Program-made: the position numbers and the translations under genes | Shown: piece after piece, positions 63,064 through 64,000 of the stretch | How the letters are laid out: each line of letters opens with the position of its first letter | How positions within the stretch are numbered: position 1 is the stretch's first letter | The notes under the pieces: model-generated | Databases searched by the model: none | The model's input: the letters and a program-made list of their open reading frames with translations, nothing else | Told to the model about the DNA's origin: nothing | NCBI GenBank assembly: GCA_964605735.1 | Contig: CAZSDS010000001.1 | Location: 70,771 to 134,770, forward strand | Source of the DNA: an uncultured Candidatus Saccharibacteria bacterium | GTDB taxonomy: Bacteria > Patescibacteriota > Doudnabacteria > UBA920 > O2-02-FULL-48-8 | Direction: 5' to 3' | DNA length: 64,000 nucleotides

Positions 63064-63211
63064 ACTAGTTGGCGGGATCTCTGCCGTCAGGACATCGCAG
63101 TCCGCTCAAGTGGACGAGACTAAGCAAAATCCCACAATAAAGGAATGTAGAAAAATGAGGGATTTATGCGGTCCTGTAAGGCAGAGGACCGCGAGCGCTA
63201 AATGTTAGCAT
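63064..63211 (+). repeat. copy 2 of the ~130-nt structured intergenic repeat (copy 1 at 2411-2550)
   Basis: Same core and the same internal pairings as copy 1. Differences include a C to T change that turns G-C pairs into G-U pairs. Confidence 0.7.
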
Positions 63212-63214
63212 ATT

Positions 63215-63243
63215 TGCGCAAAAATGGTATAATTAATTGTAAT
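63215..63243 (+). promoter_or_regulatory. extended -10 promoter for alaS
   Basis: TGgTATAAT (63235-63243) with a weak -35 TTAGCA 17 nt upstream. About 27 nt before the alaS ATG. Confidence 0.5.
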
Positions 63244-63269
63244 TTTAAAGACTTTTTTCATGAATTCCC

Positions 63270-64000
63270 AAGAAATCAGGCAGAAATTCCTCGCTTTTTT
63301 TGAAAGCAAAAACCATAAGATTATACCTTCAGCCTCTCTGGTTCCGGCCAATGACCCAACGGTTTTGTTTACAACCGCAGGCATGCACCCATTGGTGCCT
63401 TACCTGATGGGTGAGACCCACCCTGCCGGAACACGCCTGGCAAATTACCAAAAATGTCTGCGCACGGATGATATTGACGAAGTCGGAGACGCAACTCATC
63501 TGACTTTTTTTGAAATGCTTGGCAATTGGTCCCTGGGCGATTATTGGAAACAGGATTCAATCAGCTGGTCCTATGAATTTTTGACTGACCCTAAGTGGCT
63601 TGGGATTGATAAGTCACGCCTTGCCGTTTCAGTTTTCACCGGAGACAATGACGCCCCTCGCGATGAAGAATCAGCACAGATTTGGAAAAGCCTTGGCATG
63701 CCTGAAAATCGCATTGCTTATCTGGGCAAAAAAGATAATTGGTGGGGGCCTCCTGGCGCATCCGGTCCTTGCGGACCTGATACGGAAATCTTCTATTGGG
63801 TAGGTGAAGAACCGGCGCCGGAAAAATTCGACCCTGAGAACAAGAAATGGGTGGAAATCTGGAACAACGTTTTCATGCAGTATGAAAAAACTGTTGCAGG
63901 TGAATTTATTGCGCTTAAGCAAAAGAACGTGGACACAGGCATGGGCCTGGAGCGCATCACAACCGTGCTCGCAGGAAAAGAAAATGTCTACGAAACCGAT
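63270..64000 (+). CDS. alaS: alanyl-tRNA synthetase, 5' portion (continues beyond the window)
   Basis: [29 protein letters not shown]…[15 protein letters not shown]…[15 protein letters not shown]… is the canonical AlaRS N-terminal catalytic domain. No stop before the window end. Confidence 0.9.

Noticed and set aside
63064-63260. T-box riboswitch upstream of alaS.
   Set aside because: There is only loose similarity to the T-box core. There is no specifier context and no U-run terminator. The element sits upstream of the apparent promoter. An identical element at 2411-2550 is not next to any aminoacyl-tRNA synthetase gene.

Overview
This 64 kb window looks like a contiguous piece of a small, moderately AT-rich bacterial chromosome, about 40-47% GC with a few local segments of roughly 55-60%.

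Housekeeping genes on both strands: HU, the rplJ-rplL pair with an L10-type leader, a minimal dcw cluster (mraZ-rsmH-ftsL-ftsI-murF), scpAB, a short AspRS, a 3'-truncated alaS at the window edge, one tRNA-Glu(CUC) with encoded CCA, lgt, a NUDIX hydrolase, a HIT protein and a minimal MGMT domain.

Cell-envelope glycan synthesis: a complete rfbBCDA (dTDP-rhamnose) operon, galE, several GT2 and GT4 glycosyltransferases, Wzx-like and Wzy-like membrane proteins, an ABC-2 exporter and ctpA.

The window is also unusually dense in secreted and surface proteins. These include two CAP-domain paralogs, a sortase with two DUF11-repeat proteins carrying non-canonical APxTG sorting signals, a subtilisin and an SLT-like protein sharing a previously unannotated ~58-aa C-terminal repeat, a coiled-coil lytic transglycosylase, and a four-gene operon of three tandem paralogs plus a large secreted protein with a VirB2-like double-TM tail.

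The gene content (reduced dcw cluster, short AspRS, CCA-encoded tRNA, many near-consensus TTGACA-17-TATAAT or TGnTATAAT promoters, abundant clean intrinsic terminators) is compatible with a reduced-genome lineage such as CPR/Patescibacteria. That is an inference only.

The items I think most deserve a second look are:
- a ~130-nt structured intergenic element present twice, with structure-preserving substitutions between copies;
- the sortase locus with variant sorting motifs and an embedded high-GC secreted-protein gene;
- the shared novel repeat module at 48.4-52.1 kb;
- a PstP-like membrane protein whose PP2C domain has lost all metal-binding Asp residues;
- an HtrA-like pseudo-protease;
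- several compositionally foreign (high-GC) ORFs with strong RBSs.

I found no CRISPR array, rRNA, transposase or integrase.
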